DNA of 64,000 nucleotides from Pelagomonas calceolata. Taxonomy: Eukaryota. The translations under genes and the position numbers were made by a program. The stretch spans positions 4,030,001-4,094,000 of the forward strand of contig CAKKNE010000001.1 of the NCBI GenBank assembly GCA_918797485.1, written 5' to 3'. Below, in pieces: positions 31,320 through 40,020 of the stretch (the first letter of the stretch is position 1; the number at the start of each line of letters is the position of its first letter). Below the pieces are notes generated by a model, which worked only from the letters and a program-made list of their open reading frames with translations, was not told the DNA's origin and made no database searches.

Positions 31320-31799
31320 ATGCTTGCCCGCACCATCCTCGCCACAGCAAGGTCAGCACCTCGCGCCGCAGCGATGGCGCGGCGACGCCAACTAGCAGAC
31401 ACGCCGCAGTTCCGCCTGCTGGACCCGGCCTTCGACGCGTCGCAGATGAGCGAGCCCGTGCGGCGCGTCCTCGCGCTGCAAAACGCGTCGACGGCCGACG
31501 CGACAAAGGCGCGGTCGCGGGCCGTCGCGGCGGCGTTCCGCCAGCACGACGCCGACTGCGGCAGCACACGCGTCCAGGTCGCGCGGCTGACCGTCGAGCT
31601 CGAGGCCTTGGCGGCGCACGTCGCGGCGCACCCTAAAGATAAGCACTCGACGCGCGGCTACCAGCTCAAGATCTCGAAGCGGCGCCGGCTCCTCGCCTAC
31701 CTGAAGCGCCGGAACCCCGGGGACTATGACGCGACGCTCCAGGCGCTTGGTTTGCCCACGCCAAAGGAGGGCAAGAAGCGGCGGCGGGCACGGTTGTAA
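31320..31799 (+). CDS. rps15: Ribosomal protein uS15, bacterial type, probably mitochondrial
   Basis: DCGSTRVQVARLT...H...HPKDKHSTRG......KRRRLLAYLKR; Arg/Ala-rich presequence. Confidence 0.92.
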   Translation: MLARTILATARSAPRAAAMARRRQLADTPQFRLLDPAFDASQMSEPVRRVLALQNASTADATKARSRAVAAAFRQHDADCGSTRVQVARLTVELEALAAHVAAHPKDKHSTRGYQLKISKRRRLLAYLKRRNPGDYDATLQALGLPTPKEGKKRRRARL

Positions 31800-31852
31800 G
31801 GTATCTCTATTATGTCTCCGCCGGGGTTGTAAGGTGTATCTATTATGTCTCC
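31792..31852. repeat. Tandem duplication (33-bp period) of a convergent gene junction
   Basis: GGTTGTAAGGTATCTCTATTATGTCTCC and GGTTGTAAGGTGTATCTATTATGTCTCC. Confidence 0.85.
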
Positions 31853-32976
31853 TCTACCGGCTCGTACCCCGGCTCGTAGTGGCTCGTACCCGGCTCGAAG
31901 ATCCCGGGCGCCGCGCGCATCCGGTCCAGGCGGTGCGACAGGAACTCCATGCGACGCGTCACCGCCTTGTCCGGTTCGGTGAACGTCGGCGGCGGCGCGA
32001 CGTAGGGGCCCAGCGGCACGGGGGCGTTCACGCTCCCGAAGACGACGCCTGGATCCATCGACACCCCGAATCCGCTCTCGTCGATGACGCCCTGTTGGGA
32101 GCCGTAGAAGGCCGCGCCCCCGCCGCCGCGGCCGCCGACGTCGCCCTTCACGTAGATGAGCGGGTCGCCCTCGTCGTCCGAGCAGCCGCCGGTCAGGAGC
32201 GCCCGCGTCTCGGGCGCGAAGTCCCGCGTGTCGATCAGGGGCACGAAGGACGCCTCGCAGACCGTCCGCGGCGCGAGTAGGCGGCCCCGCAGGTCGCGCC
32301 GGATCATCAGATACGCCTGGCGCCGCGTGCCCGTCGCGACGACCGGCATGAGGAGCAGCCCTCCGGGCGCGAGGCGGTCGCAGAGCGCCGCGGGCACGTG
32401 CTGCGCGCACGCGCCCACGCAGATAAACAGGAACCCTCCCTTCTTCTTCGGCGCTTGCCACGCGTCCTCGCGCCGGAATTTCACGGGCAAATCGAGGCCG
32501 TCCGCGGCGTAGTTCTCCCGCCCGAGCCGCACGAGCGTCTCCTCGACGTCGATGCCCAGCACGTCGCCACGAACGCCCTCGTTGTCCAGCAGCGCCGCCA
32601 GCGCCGCCGTCAGGAAGCCCGTCCCGGAGCCCACATCTAGTACACGGAACCGACCGTCGGATGGCGCGCCGCGGCGTATCAGCGTCGCGAGCGCGTGCAG
32701 GCAGAACAAGTGCACCACCGGCTTCGACATCGTCACGGTACTTTGACAATTCGAGCCGATGGTCGGGCAGCGGTGCTCGTACGGACCGCAGTCGTCCGGC
32801 ACGTAGCACCTCCGGTCCGGGACGCGAAACGCATCAATGGCCGCCGCGAGGCAGGCCTCGTCCCAGGCGACGTCCTTGAAGAAGCCGCGGCGGCAGCGTC
32901 CTCCGAGACCGGCGTAGAACTGCTCCTCTTTCGACAGGGCCGCCGCCGGCGCGGGGGCCGCCGCGGGGGCCGCCAT
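31843..32976 (-). CDS. Protein-L-isoaspartate O-methyltransferase-like
   Basis: TMSKP.VH, VLDVGSGTGFLTA, L...LAPGG.L.MPV, FVPL. Confidence 0.85.
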   Translation of the reverse strand: MAAPAAAPAPAAALSKEEQFYAGLGGRCRRGFFKDVAWDEACLAAAIDAFRVPDRRCYVPDDCGPYEHRCPTIGSNCQSTVTMSKPVVHLFCLHALATLIRRGAPSDGRFRVLDVGSGTGFLTAALAALLDNEGVRGDVLGIDVEETLVRLGRENYAADGLDLPVKFRREDAWQAPKKKGGFLFICVGACAQHVPAALCDRLAPGGLLLMPVVATGTRRQAYLMIRRDLRGRLLAPRTVCEASFVPLIDTRDFAPETRALLTGGCSDDEGDPLIYVKGDVGGRGGGGAAFYGSQQGVIDESGFGVSMDPGVVFGSVNAPVPLGPYVAPPPTFTEPDKAVTRRMEFLSHRLDRMRAAPGIFEPGTSHYEPGYEPVEET

Positions 32977-33355
32977 GGATGTCTGTGTGCCACCACCACA
33001 CCCTTGCTCTGCTGTTGCGCTGCTGGCGCGGTAAGTAAACCGTTGCTGCCTTCTTGGCCGGGGCGACACCAATGAGCAAATCCTGGCCCACGCGCGCCGC
33101 AAATTCGTAGCAAAGGCTGCCCAACCCCAACTTGTTGTGAAAGCACTCGGCGCTCCAGCAGACCACCCAGGATGCACCAGGGCGTCCTTCAGGCAACGGG
33201 GAGCTCTGAGCGAGCCCCGAGGACGTCTCGCCGTCGATGCCTAGTGGCCTTAGCTAGCGGACCTACTAGCGGTTGGCCAAAACTGACAGCAAAGCCGAGG
33301 AAGACCAGCAAAGCAGGGACGGGGCAGCCCACCGCTGCCGGGACGACACAAAACC

Positions 33356-34276
33356 ATGGGCAAGGGCGGCGAAGCAAAGCCCGAGCCTGGAGCCTTGAAA
33401 CGGAGGATCGAGCGCCACCCGCGCCTCGAGCCCATCCCCAAGGTGCTCTACGAGGACGCGGCCACGAACGTGCCGTCGACGCCCTACTACGACGCGCTGA
33501 ATCGAAGAGTCGACGAGATCGTGGCCAAGGCCCGGGCCGTGGCCAAGGAACCGGAAATACACATCTTGGTCGCGGGCGACGGCGCGTTAGTCTACCCGAA
33601 TCGGATCGTGTGGCTGCCCTGGGTCATGGGCGCCGTCGCCGGCTATCTGTGCACGACGGCGCCCTCGCTCAGAGCCTTCCTCTGGATGCTGCCGGCCATG
33701 TATCTCGGGTATGATTTCTATAGTGGTGTCTTACATGTGGCTTTGGACGATCCGAAGAACATGCAGGGCGTCAAGTCCTACATTTTGTTCCAGGGGTGCC
33801 TCGAGTTCCAGTGGCACCACGCCATCCCCTACGACGGGGCCTCGAAGCCTTTTATCGCTTGTTGTGCCGACCTGAACATCATCGTCTTGATCCTCATGGT
33901 CCTGAATTGTGGATTGCTGGGCTACACGTCGGGCACGCGCGCGGCGCTGACCGGTCTCAAACTCTTCTTCGCGTACTTCGGGCAGTATTGCCATCGGGCG
34001 GCACATACGCCGAAGTCGAAAAGACCACAGTGGGTCCAGTTCCTCCAGTCCACGGGCTTCATGACGCCGCAAGCCAAGCACAACGGCCACCACCGGCCGC
34101 CCCACGACGAGAACTTCTGTCTGATCGGGAAGATGGACCCGGCCGTGAACGGCCTCATCAAGCTGTGCGGCACGAACGACTGGGTCTGGTTCGGCCTCTG
34201 GCTCGGGCTGTCGTGCTGCGACGTGGCCCTCGTGCACCGGGGCCTCGCGTGCGTGGCGCCGGGGCTGTTCCCCTAA
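33356..34276 (+). CDS. FAD4/CarF/TMEM189-family lipid desaturase
   Basis: His boxes DFYSGVLH..LD, FQWHH, CHRAAH, HNGHH..PHD.NFC. Confidence 0.88.
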   Translation: MGKGGEAKPEPGALKRRIERHPRLEPIPKVLYEDAATNVPSTPYYDALNRRVDEIVAKARAVAKEPEIHILVAGDGALVYPNRIVWLPWVMGAVAGYLCTTAPSLRAFLWMLPAMYLGYDFYSGVLHVALDDPKNMQGVKSYILFQGCLEFQWHHAIPYDGASKPFIACCADLNIIVLILMVLNCGLLGYTSGTRAALTGLKLFFAYFGQYCHRAAHTPKSKRPQWVQFLQSTGFMTPQAKHNGHHRPPHDENFCLIGKMDPAVNGLIKLCGTNDWVWFGLWLGLSCCDVALVHRGLACVAPGLFP

Positions 34277-34397
34277 GATTCTAGAAGCACATTCACCGCG
34301 TATTACTATGGCTCGCCAGGCGGGCGCGGGGCCTGTTTCCCTAAGATTCTAGAAGCACATTCACCGCGTATTACTATGGCTCGCCAGGCGGGCGCGG
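34265..34397. repeat. Tandem duplication (65 bp, 68-bp period) of a convergent gene junction
   Basis: 34265-34329 matches 34333-34397 with one mismatch. Confidence 0.95.
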
Positions 34398-35464
34398 ACC
34401 GCCGCCGTCGTCGCGCGCGCGAGCGCGAAGAGCATCCGGCAGGGCTGGAGGCGCTTCGGCGCGCGGGGCGCCCGGTCCTGCTTGCGCTGGATGAGGCGCA
34501 CGCGGTCGCGGCGGACCCAGAGGCGCCCGGACGACGCCACGTCGCCCACGCAGTAGAGCTCGCCCTCGACGGCCGTGACGACGGCGCGCAGCCACCTGCG
34601 TGGAATCACCGTGAGCGCCGGCGCCGTCGCGCAAGCGTGGCGAGCTAGCGACTCGGGAGCAGACGCGCCCGGCACGGCCGAGCCCGAGCACCAGACCTCG
34701 ACGTCGTCGCCCGACGCGACGACGCCCGTGCGGCCCTCGGGCACGGGCCACCGGAGCTGGTCGCGCGCGACCCACTCGTCCCAGCGCGCGTCCCAGTGGA
34801 CGTAGTGCACCTTGTACTTGCGCGCGCGCCGGTCGTCGAGCGGACAGTCGGGCGCCGCGGCGGCCGCGGCGGCCGCGTCGCGCTTCTCGACGACCTCGGC
34901 GGCCCACCACGCGAGCCCCCGGTAGACCTCGAGGCCCTCGAGCCGGAAGCGGCCGCGCCAGGCGATCTCCACCCGGTCTCCCGGCGCCGGGTCCCCGAGC
35001 CGCTGGCGGAACGACTCGCGGAGGCTCGCGCCGAAGTCGAAGTGCTCCGAGGCGTCGTCCGCGGCGCCGAAGCGCCGCGCGTACTGAGGCCGCCACGCGG
35101 CGTCGCTCGAGGCCGCGCGCCGCGCCGCCCGCGACACGGCCGCCATCGCCGCGAGGTTTTTGACGTCGAGGTTCGCGAGGACCGCGTCCTCGAGCAGCTC
35201 GCGCGGCAGGCCCGCCAGGCGGTCCGGCGGGTAGTAGTGGATGACGAGGCTCACGAGGAGCGCCCGGTTCTCGCGGCTCCAGCCCCGGCCGCGGCGCGCG
35301 ATCGTGTCGAGGCCCGCGCGCGCGGCCGTCCGCTCGCGCGGGTCCGCCTTGTCGAGCGCGCGGGCCACGCGGCGGAGCTGCGCCCGCAGGCGCCGGCCGT
35401 CGTCGACCAGGTTCTGGAGCTTTCTTACTTCCGCCGCGGGGGTGCCGAGGATTGCATGGCTCAT
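34361..35464 (-). CDS. F-box + Tudor/Agenet-like protein; probable in-frame intron 34664-34596
   Basis: LAGLPRELL...L..LD...L...A.VSR (F-box); YKVHYVHWDARWDEWV (Tudor-knot). Confidence 0.8.
   Translation of the reverse strand: MSHAILGTPAAEVRKLQNLVDDGRRLRAQLRRVARALDKADPRERTAARAGLDTIARRGRGWSRENRALLVSLVIHYYPPDRLAGLPRELLEDAVLANLDVKNLAAMAAVSRAARRAASSDAAWRPQYARRFGAADDASEHFDFGASLRESFRQRLGDPAPGDRVEIAWRGRFRLEGLEVYRGLAWWAAEVVEKRDAAAAAAAAPDCPLDDRRARKYKVHYVHWDARWDEWVARDQLRWPVPEGRTGVVASGDDVEVWCSGSAVPGASAPESLARHACATAPALTVIPRRWLRAVVTAVEGELYCVGDVASSGRLWVRRDRVRLIQRKQDRAPRAPKRLQPCRMLFALARATTAAVRARLASHSNTR
34596..34664 (-). mobile_element. Probable decayed introner-like intron (69 nt, in frame)
   Basis: GT...TGATTCCACGCAG end resembles the TIR; removal yields VPGAWLRAVV; no TSD. 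Confidence 0.45.
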
Positions 35465-35689
35465 GGTGCTCTCCAGATTCCCGGAACACGGACGAGCTTG
35501 AGCTATCAAGATCTGCGCGCCCTGGGCGCAGCTGGACGCGAGTGTTCCTTATTGCCCCGCCAGTCCTATAGCGGCCTTAGACACCGTCCCTGGACCCAAG
35601 AAGCTGTGGCAGCGCCGGGACTGGAGCTAGCGAACAAACATACTAGTCTGAGCCTGAGCCTGAAAAAGACATATATCGCACACACATTA

Positions 35690-38600
35690 CTAGGGCCGCG
35701 GCGCCTCCGGCACCCCTCCAGACGCGGGCACGGCTTTCGACCGCCGGCTCCCGCGGCCCTTGCGATGCGTCGACCGCGGGCGGTGCCCCTGGCCCGGCGC
35801 GAGCGGCGCGAGGTCGCCCGCGAGCCGCGCTTTGAGGGCGACGACGTCGGGGTGGTCGGCGGCGAAGTACGCCCCGTAGCCCTCCAGCGCCCGCGCGAGG
35901 AGCGGGCGCGCCTCGTCCCCGCGCCCGAGCTCGACCAGCACCTCGCCGAGGTCGTGGCACGCCGCCGCGGCGTCGGGGTGCGCGCCGCCGACGAGCGCCT
36001 CCAGCCGCTCCAGTACAATCCGATACTCGGGCTCCGCCTCGCCCGCCTTCCCGGCGTCCCACAGCAGCGCCGCGAGGTTCTCCCGGGCGGGCAGCGCGTC
36101 GACGCTCTCGGAACCGAAAGCTTTCTGAGCCAATGCCAAGGCCCGCCGGTATGGCGCCTCCGCCGCGGCGTGCTTGCCGGCGTCGTGGAGCATGGCCGCG
36201 TGGTCCTCGACGCAGCCCAGGAGCGGCAACCCCAAACGCTCGCGGAGCTGGACCACGCGCCCGAGCACGGGCGCCGCCTGCGACGGCTTGCCGTTCTCCA
36301 CGAGGCAGTCGCCGAGGTTCCGCAGCGCGGTCAACGTCGTCTCGGGCGGCGTCCGCGCGTCGCGGTCGAAGACGCCCAGCGCCCGCCGGTACAGCGCCTC
36401 GGCGTAGTCGCGCGCGCCCGACGCGTCGGCGTAGTCGCCCCGGTAGTAGGCGCAGGCGCCGCGCTTCTGGACCACGGCCGCGAGGTTCGAGAGCGACGCG
36501 CCGACGGCCGGGTGGTCGTCGCCGAGGTGCCGCGCCAGGCCGCCGGCCGCCAACCGCAGCAAACTCTCGGCCTCCTGGAGCTGGCCGGCGGCGCCCAGGC
36601 AGCGGCCGAGGAGGTCGACCATCGTCAACGTATTCGGGTGCTCCTTCCCGAGCTCGCTCGCGCGGAGCGCGACGGCCCGGCGCGCCGGCGCGACGGCCTG
36701 CCGCGCGTCCCCGCTCCGGAGGTAGTGCGCCGCGAGGCGCTTCGCGGCGGCGGCGGCGTCGTCGCCAGCAGTTTCCGCGGCGGCGACCGCGACCACCGGC
36801 GCCGCCGGCGTGGCGTCGGAGGCGTCCGACGCCGTACGATCGTCGTCGTACGAAATCGCGTCGTCGTCCGACGGCCCGCCGCCGCCGTCGGGGGGCAGCG
36901 CCGCCGCGTAGGCCGCGACGAGCCGCGCCGCCTCGCGGTCGAGCCGCACCGTCCCCGGGTGGTCGCCGCCCAACGCCGCCTCGGTCACGTCAATGGCGTG
37001 ATGGAGCAGCGGCGCGGCCGCCTCGACGCGCCCCGCCTCGCGCAGCGCCGACGCGAGGTGCGTCTCCGCCGTCGCGGCCTCGAAGGCTGTGGATTGCGTC
37101 CGGTGGACGGCGAGGGCCTCCCGGAGCAGCGGCTCGGCCTCGGCCGCCCGGCCCAGGGCCTGCAATGCCGTCGCCTTCCTATCCAAAGCGAACGCGACGT
37201 GCCTCGCGTCGCCGCCCTTCCGCAGCGCCTCGAGCGCCCGCGACGACAGCTCGAGGGCCTCGACCCAGGCCCCCTCCTCGACCTTGTCCTTGGCAAGGCG
37301 CTCGAGCGGCTCGGCCTGCTCGAGGGACGCCTCGCCGTGCGCCAGCGCGGCGATCGCGATGGCCCGGCGCCGGAACAGGTCGCGCGTCCGGCGCGGCCCG
37401 CGCCGCGCCTCGACGGCGTCCGCGAGCTCGTTCAGCGCCGCCGCCGCGTCGCCCAGCTCCGCCTTCGGCCGCTTCGCGTGGATCGCGTGGCTCCTTTCAA
37501 ACAGTCCGAGGGCCTTGTCCTCGTCTCCTAAGTTGAGGACGACCTGCGCGTACTGGCATAATACCAGAGCGACCTCCACGTGGTCCTCCCCGAAGGCCGC
37601 CAGACTTAGATCCAGCGCGCGCTTCAGGACGCGCGACGCCTCTTCATTTTCACCGAGCGCCGCGAGGCACCGCCCCAGCTTCCGCCGCGCGCCGCAGCAC
37701 GCCGCGTGCTTCGGCCCCAATCTAGTTTCGATCGTCGCGAGGGCCCGGCGGTAGAGCGGCAGCGCCTTCGCCGGCCGATCGGTGGCTCGCAAGAACTCCG
37801 CGAGGCGCGTCACGGCCTCGCTCGTTTGCAAATGGTCCTGGCCTAGTTCTTCAGCATCGAGGCGCACCTCCCGCCGCAACGTGTCCTCGGTGTCGCGGTC
37901 GAGGCGTTTTTCTTCATCCGGCTCAGGCATGTCGTTCAATAAATCGCAGGCGCGGCCCATGGCGATCTGGTAGCGGTGCTCCCTCCCCAAGACATGCCCG
38001 AGGCAGACCGCGGCCCTGGCTTGGTAGTCCCGCGCTCGGTCCGAATCACCGATCCTACGATGCACGTTCGCGAGGCCCTGGAGGGCCAGGCCCAGCCGGT
38101 CGTCGCCCAGCTTCTCAAACAACACAATGCTTTCCTCGTAGCGCGCGACGCACTCCTCGGCGCGCTCGGGGTCCCCGAGGCCCACTAGTATGGACGCGAG
38201 CTCGTAGAGGCCCGTTGCTTTTGTGCGCTTCTCCTTTGTAATATCAAGCGCCTCCCGTATGAAGGGTTCCGCTTCCTTATATTCCTGGGACAGGCGGAGG
38301 CACCGCGCGAGCGCCAGGAGCGTCGCCGGGTTCCTCTGTTCTTTAAGTACCTCCCGCGCGTTCGCCAGCGCCGCGGCCACGTCCCCGGCGTGCAGCAGCT
38401 CCTCCGTGCGCCGGGCGCGCACTTTCATTGCTTTCCCCGCGTTGATGCCCGTGCTGCCGACGTCTTCCCAGGTAGAACACGCGTCCTCCAACGCCGCCGC
38501 GGCCTCCGTATGTCTTTTATGCTTTGCCAGTTCCAAACCTAGATTCGTGAGATGCGTCGCGTGGTCCCGCGACACGGACCCGGCCTTCATGGCCGCCGCC

Positions 38601-39688
38601 AGCGCGGCCCGCTCTCTTATTTCCATACAGGGCTCCCTATCGCCGAGGAACCAGAACAGCTCCGCGAAGTTCCCGAGCTGCTCCGCCGACCGGCCGTGGA
38701 CGTTGAAGCCCCACTTCAGCAGCGCTTCCTTCGTCGCTTCGATCGCCGGCACGCCGAGTATTAACTCGTGCCGCGACGCGCGAAGCATGCTAGTCCTCTT
38801 GGACGGACAACCGGCGAAAAAGTCGGCGAAGGCCGCGTAGCTTTTCAGGCCGCGCCGGTCGCACGCCTCGAATTGTTTCAAAGTGATGCGCAGCTCGCAG
38901 CGGTGGGCCACCGTCGGTTCTTTGGCTACTTTGGACGTGACGTGTCTTTCCAGAGCGTCGTGGTCAAGCTCACCCTTCTCATCGATGAGCGTCGGTAACT
39001 CTTGCTCTACGATGTCATTGGCGTTGCTCGACGGCATGAGCGTCGCCGCAACATTAACGGAGACGGACGCTAGTAAATCGCGAACGCCCGTCGCGCCCGG
39101 CCGCGCGAACCGGTTCTTCGTCCGTACCACTTTCACGAATTCGTCGTCGTCCATGGCGTCGCACAGCGCCGCCAACGACGCCTCCGAATCACAAATTAAC
39201 GTCCCGCGCACGACGTCAAAAACCTTGGACACGTGAGACCGTGACGCTTTCCTTGCGCAGGCGCCGCGGTCTTTTAACGAAGCGCACGCAAAGTGACACG
39301 CTGCCGACGCCTTCCGCAATTCCTCGTCGTCCTCGTAGGCCATGCGCCGCAGGAAACTACTGATAGTCGTCTCGAACAGGTACCGCGCGGGCTCCGCAAC
39401 TTGATAAAGTTCGTCGACCGTCTCCACGGGCGTCCCGTCCAAGCCTAATTGAATACCTTCATCCTTGAAGACGCCCCGTTCGTCCTGGGGCCACCACTTG
39501 AAGTCGTGGGGCAGCCTTTTTGGACACGCGGTGTCCTCGGCGTCGTCGTACAGCTTCCTCACTTCCCTCAGTTCATCAATATCTTTGAAGAATTTTTCAT
39601 AGTTGATGTCTTTCGATGATGGCTCTTGTGGTTCCTCGACGTCGCATTCTAGCAACGCGGCGGCCTCCCGGGACCAGGCGGTGCCCAT
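35690..39688 (-). CDS. Large TPR protein (KLC/NPHP3-like repeats) with N-terminal RelA/SpoT-like nucleotidyltransferase region
   Basis: Many LY.RAL...E..LG..HP repeats; LK......RK, DVVRG, KNRF, G.RD, CELRI in order; MG start. Confidence 0.75.
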   Translation of the reverse strand: MGTAWSREAAALLECDVEEPQEPSSKDINYEKFFKDIDELREVRKLYDDAEDTACPKRLPHDFKWWPQDERGVFKDEGIQLGLDGTPVETVDELYQVAEPARYLFETTISSFLRRMAYEDDEELRKASAACHFACASLKDRGACARKASRSHVSKVFDVVRGTLICDSEASLAALCDAMDDDEFVKVVRTKNRFARPGATGVRDLLASVSVNVAATLMPSSNANDIVEQELPTLIDEKGELDHDALERHVTSKVAKEPTVAHRCELRITLKQFEACDRRGLKSYAAFADFFAGCPSKRTSMLRASRHELILGVPAIEATKEALLKWGFNVHGRSAEQLGNFAELFWFLGDREPCMEIRERAALAAAMKAGSVSRDHATHLTNLGLELAKHKRHTEAAAALEDACSTWEDVGSTGINAGKAMKVRARRTEELLHAGDVAAALANAREVLKEQRNPATLLALARCLRLSQEYKEAEPFIREALDITKEKRTKATGLYELASILVGLGDPERAEECVARYEESIVLFEKLGDDRLGLALQGLANVHRRIGDSDRARDYQARAAVCLGHVLGREHRYQIAMGRACDLLNDMPEPDEEKRLDRDTEDTLRREVRLDAEELGQDHLQTSEAVTRLAEFLRATDRPAKALPLYRRALATIETRLGPKHAACCGARRKLGRCLAALGENEEASRVLKRALDLSLAAFGEDHVEVALVLCQYAQVVLNLGDEDKALGLFERSHAIHAKRPKAELGDAAAALNELADAVEARRGPRRTRDLFRRRAIAIAALAHGEASLEQAEPLERLAKDKVEEGAWVEALELSSRALEALRKGGDARHVAFALDRKATALQALGRAAEAEPLLREALAVHRTQSTAFEAATAETHLASALREAGRVEAAAPLLHHAIDVTEAALGGDHPGTVRLDREAARLVAAYAAALPPDGGGGPSDDDAISYDDDRTASDASDATPAAPVVAVAAAETAGDDAAAAAKRLAAHYLRSGDARQAVAPARRAVALRASELGKEHPNTLTMVDLLGRCLGAAGQLQEAESLLRLAAGGLARHLGDDHPAVGASLSNLAAVVQKRGACAYYRGDYADASGARDYAEALYRRALGVFDRDARTPPETTLTALRNLGDCLVENGKPSQAAPVLGRVVQLRERLGLPLLGCVEDHAAMLHDAGKHAAAEAPYRRALALAQKAFGSESVDALPARENLAALLWDAGKAGEAEPEYRIVLERLEALVGGAHPDAAAACHDLGEVLVELGRGDEARPLLARALEGYGAYFAADHPDVVALKARLAGDLAPLAPGQGHRPRSTHRKGRGSRRSKAVPASGGVPEAPRP

Positions 39689-40020
39689 GCTATCAATACA
39701 AGAGCTGCCCGGCACGTGTCGAAAGCTGCCCCGGTGCACGGAGAGAATGCGTTGGACGTGTCCAGCCGCCCCGCGGCCTCCAGTGCGGCCGCCCGTGGCT
39801 TATGCGTTGTGCAGCCGAGCTAGCGTCATGTAAGGCTCTAGCAAACATCCCGACGTTTTGCGTTTGGTGCCGTGCCGTTCGTCCGTGCGCGCGGCCAGGA
39901 TGACGACGCGATAGTTAAAAGTCAATTAACAGGCTTGGGGCAGCGCGTACGACAGCTGCTGCCAGGGGGGGGCACCGCCACACATACTGGCCCGGGGCAG
40001 CCGCAGCCCTCACGAAGGCC

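Noticed and set aside
34796..37531. 911-aa + strand ORF and many other long Arg/Pro/Gly-rich ORFs (e.g. 2678-4411, 9837-11444, 20426-22858)
   Set aside because: Antisense or off-frame shadows of real genes, expected from stop-codon scarcity at high GC; no recognisable motifs.
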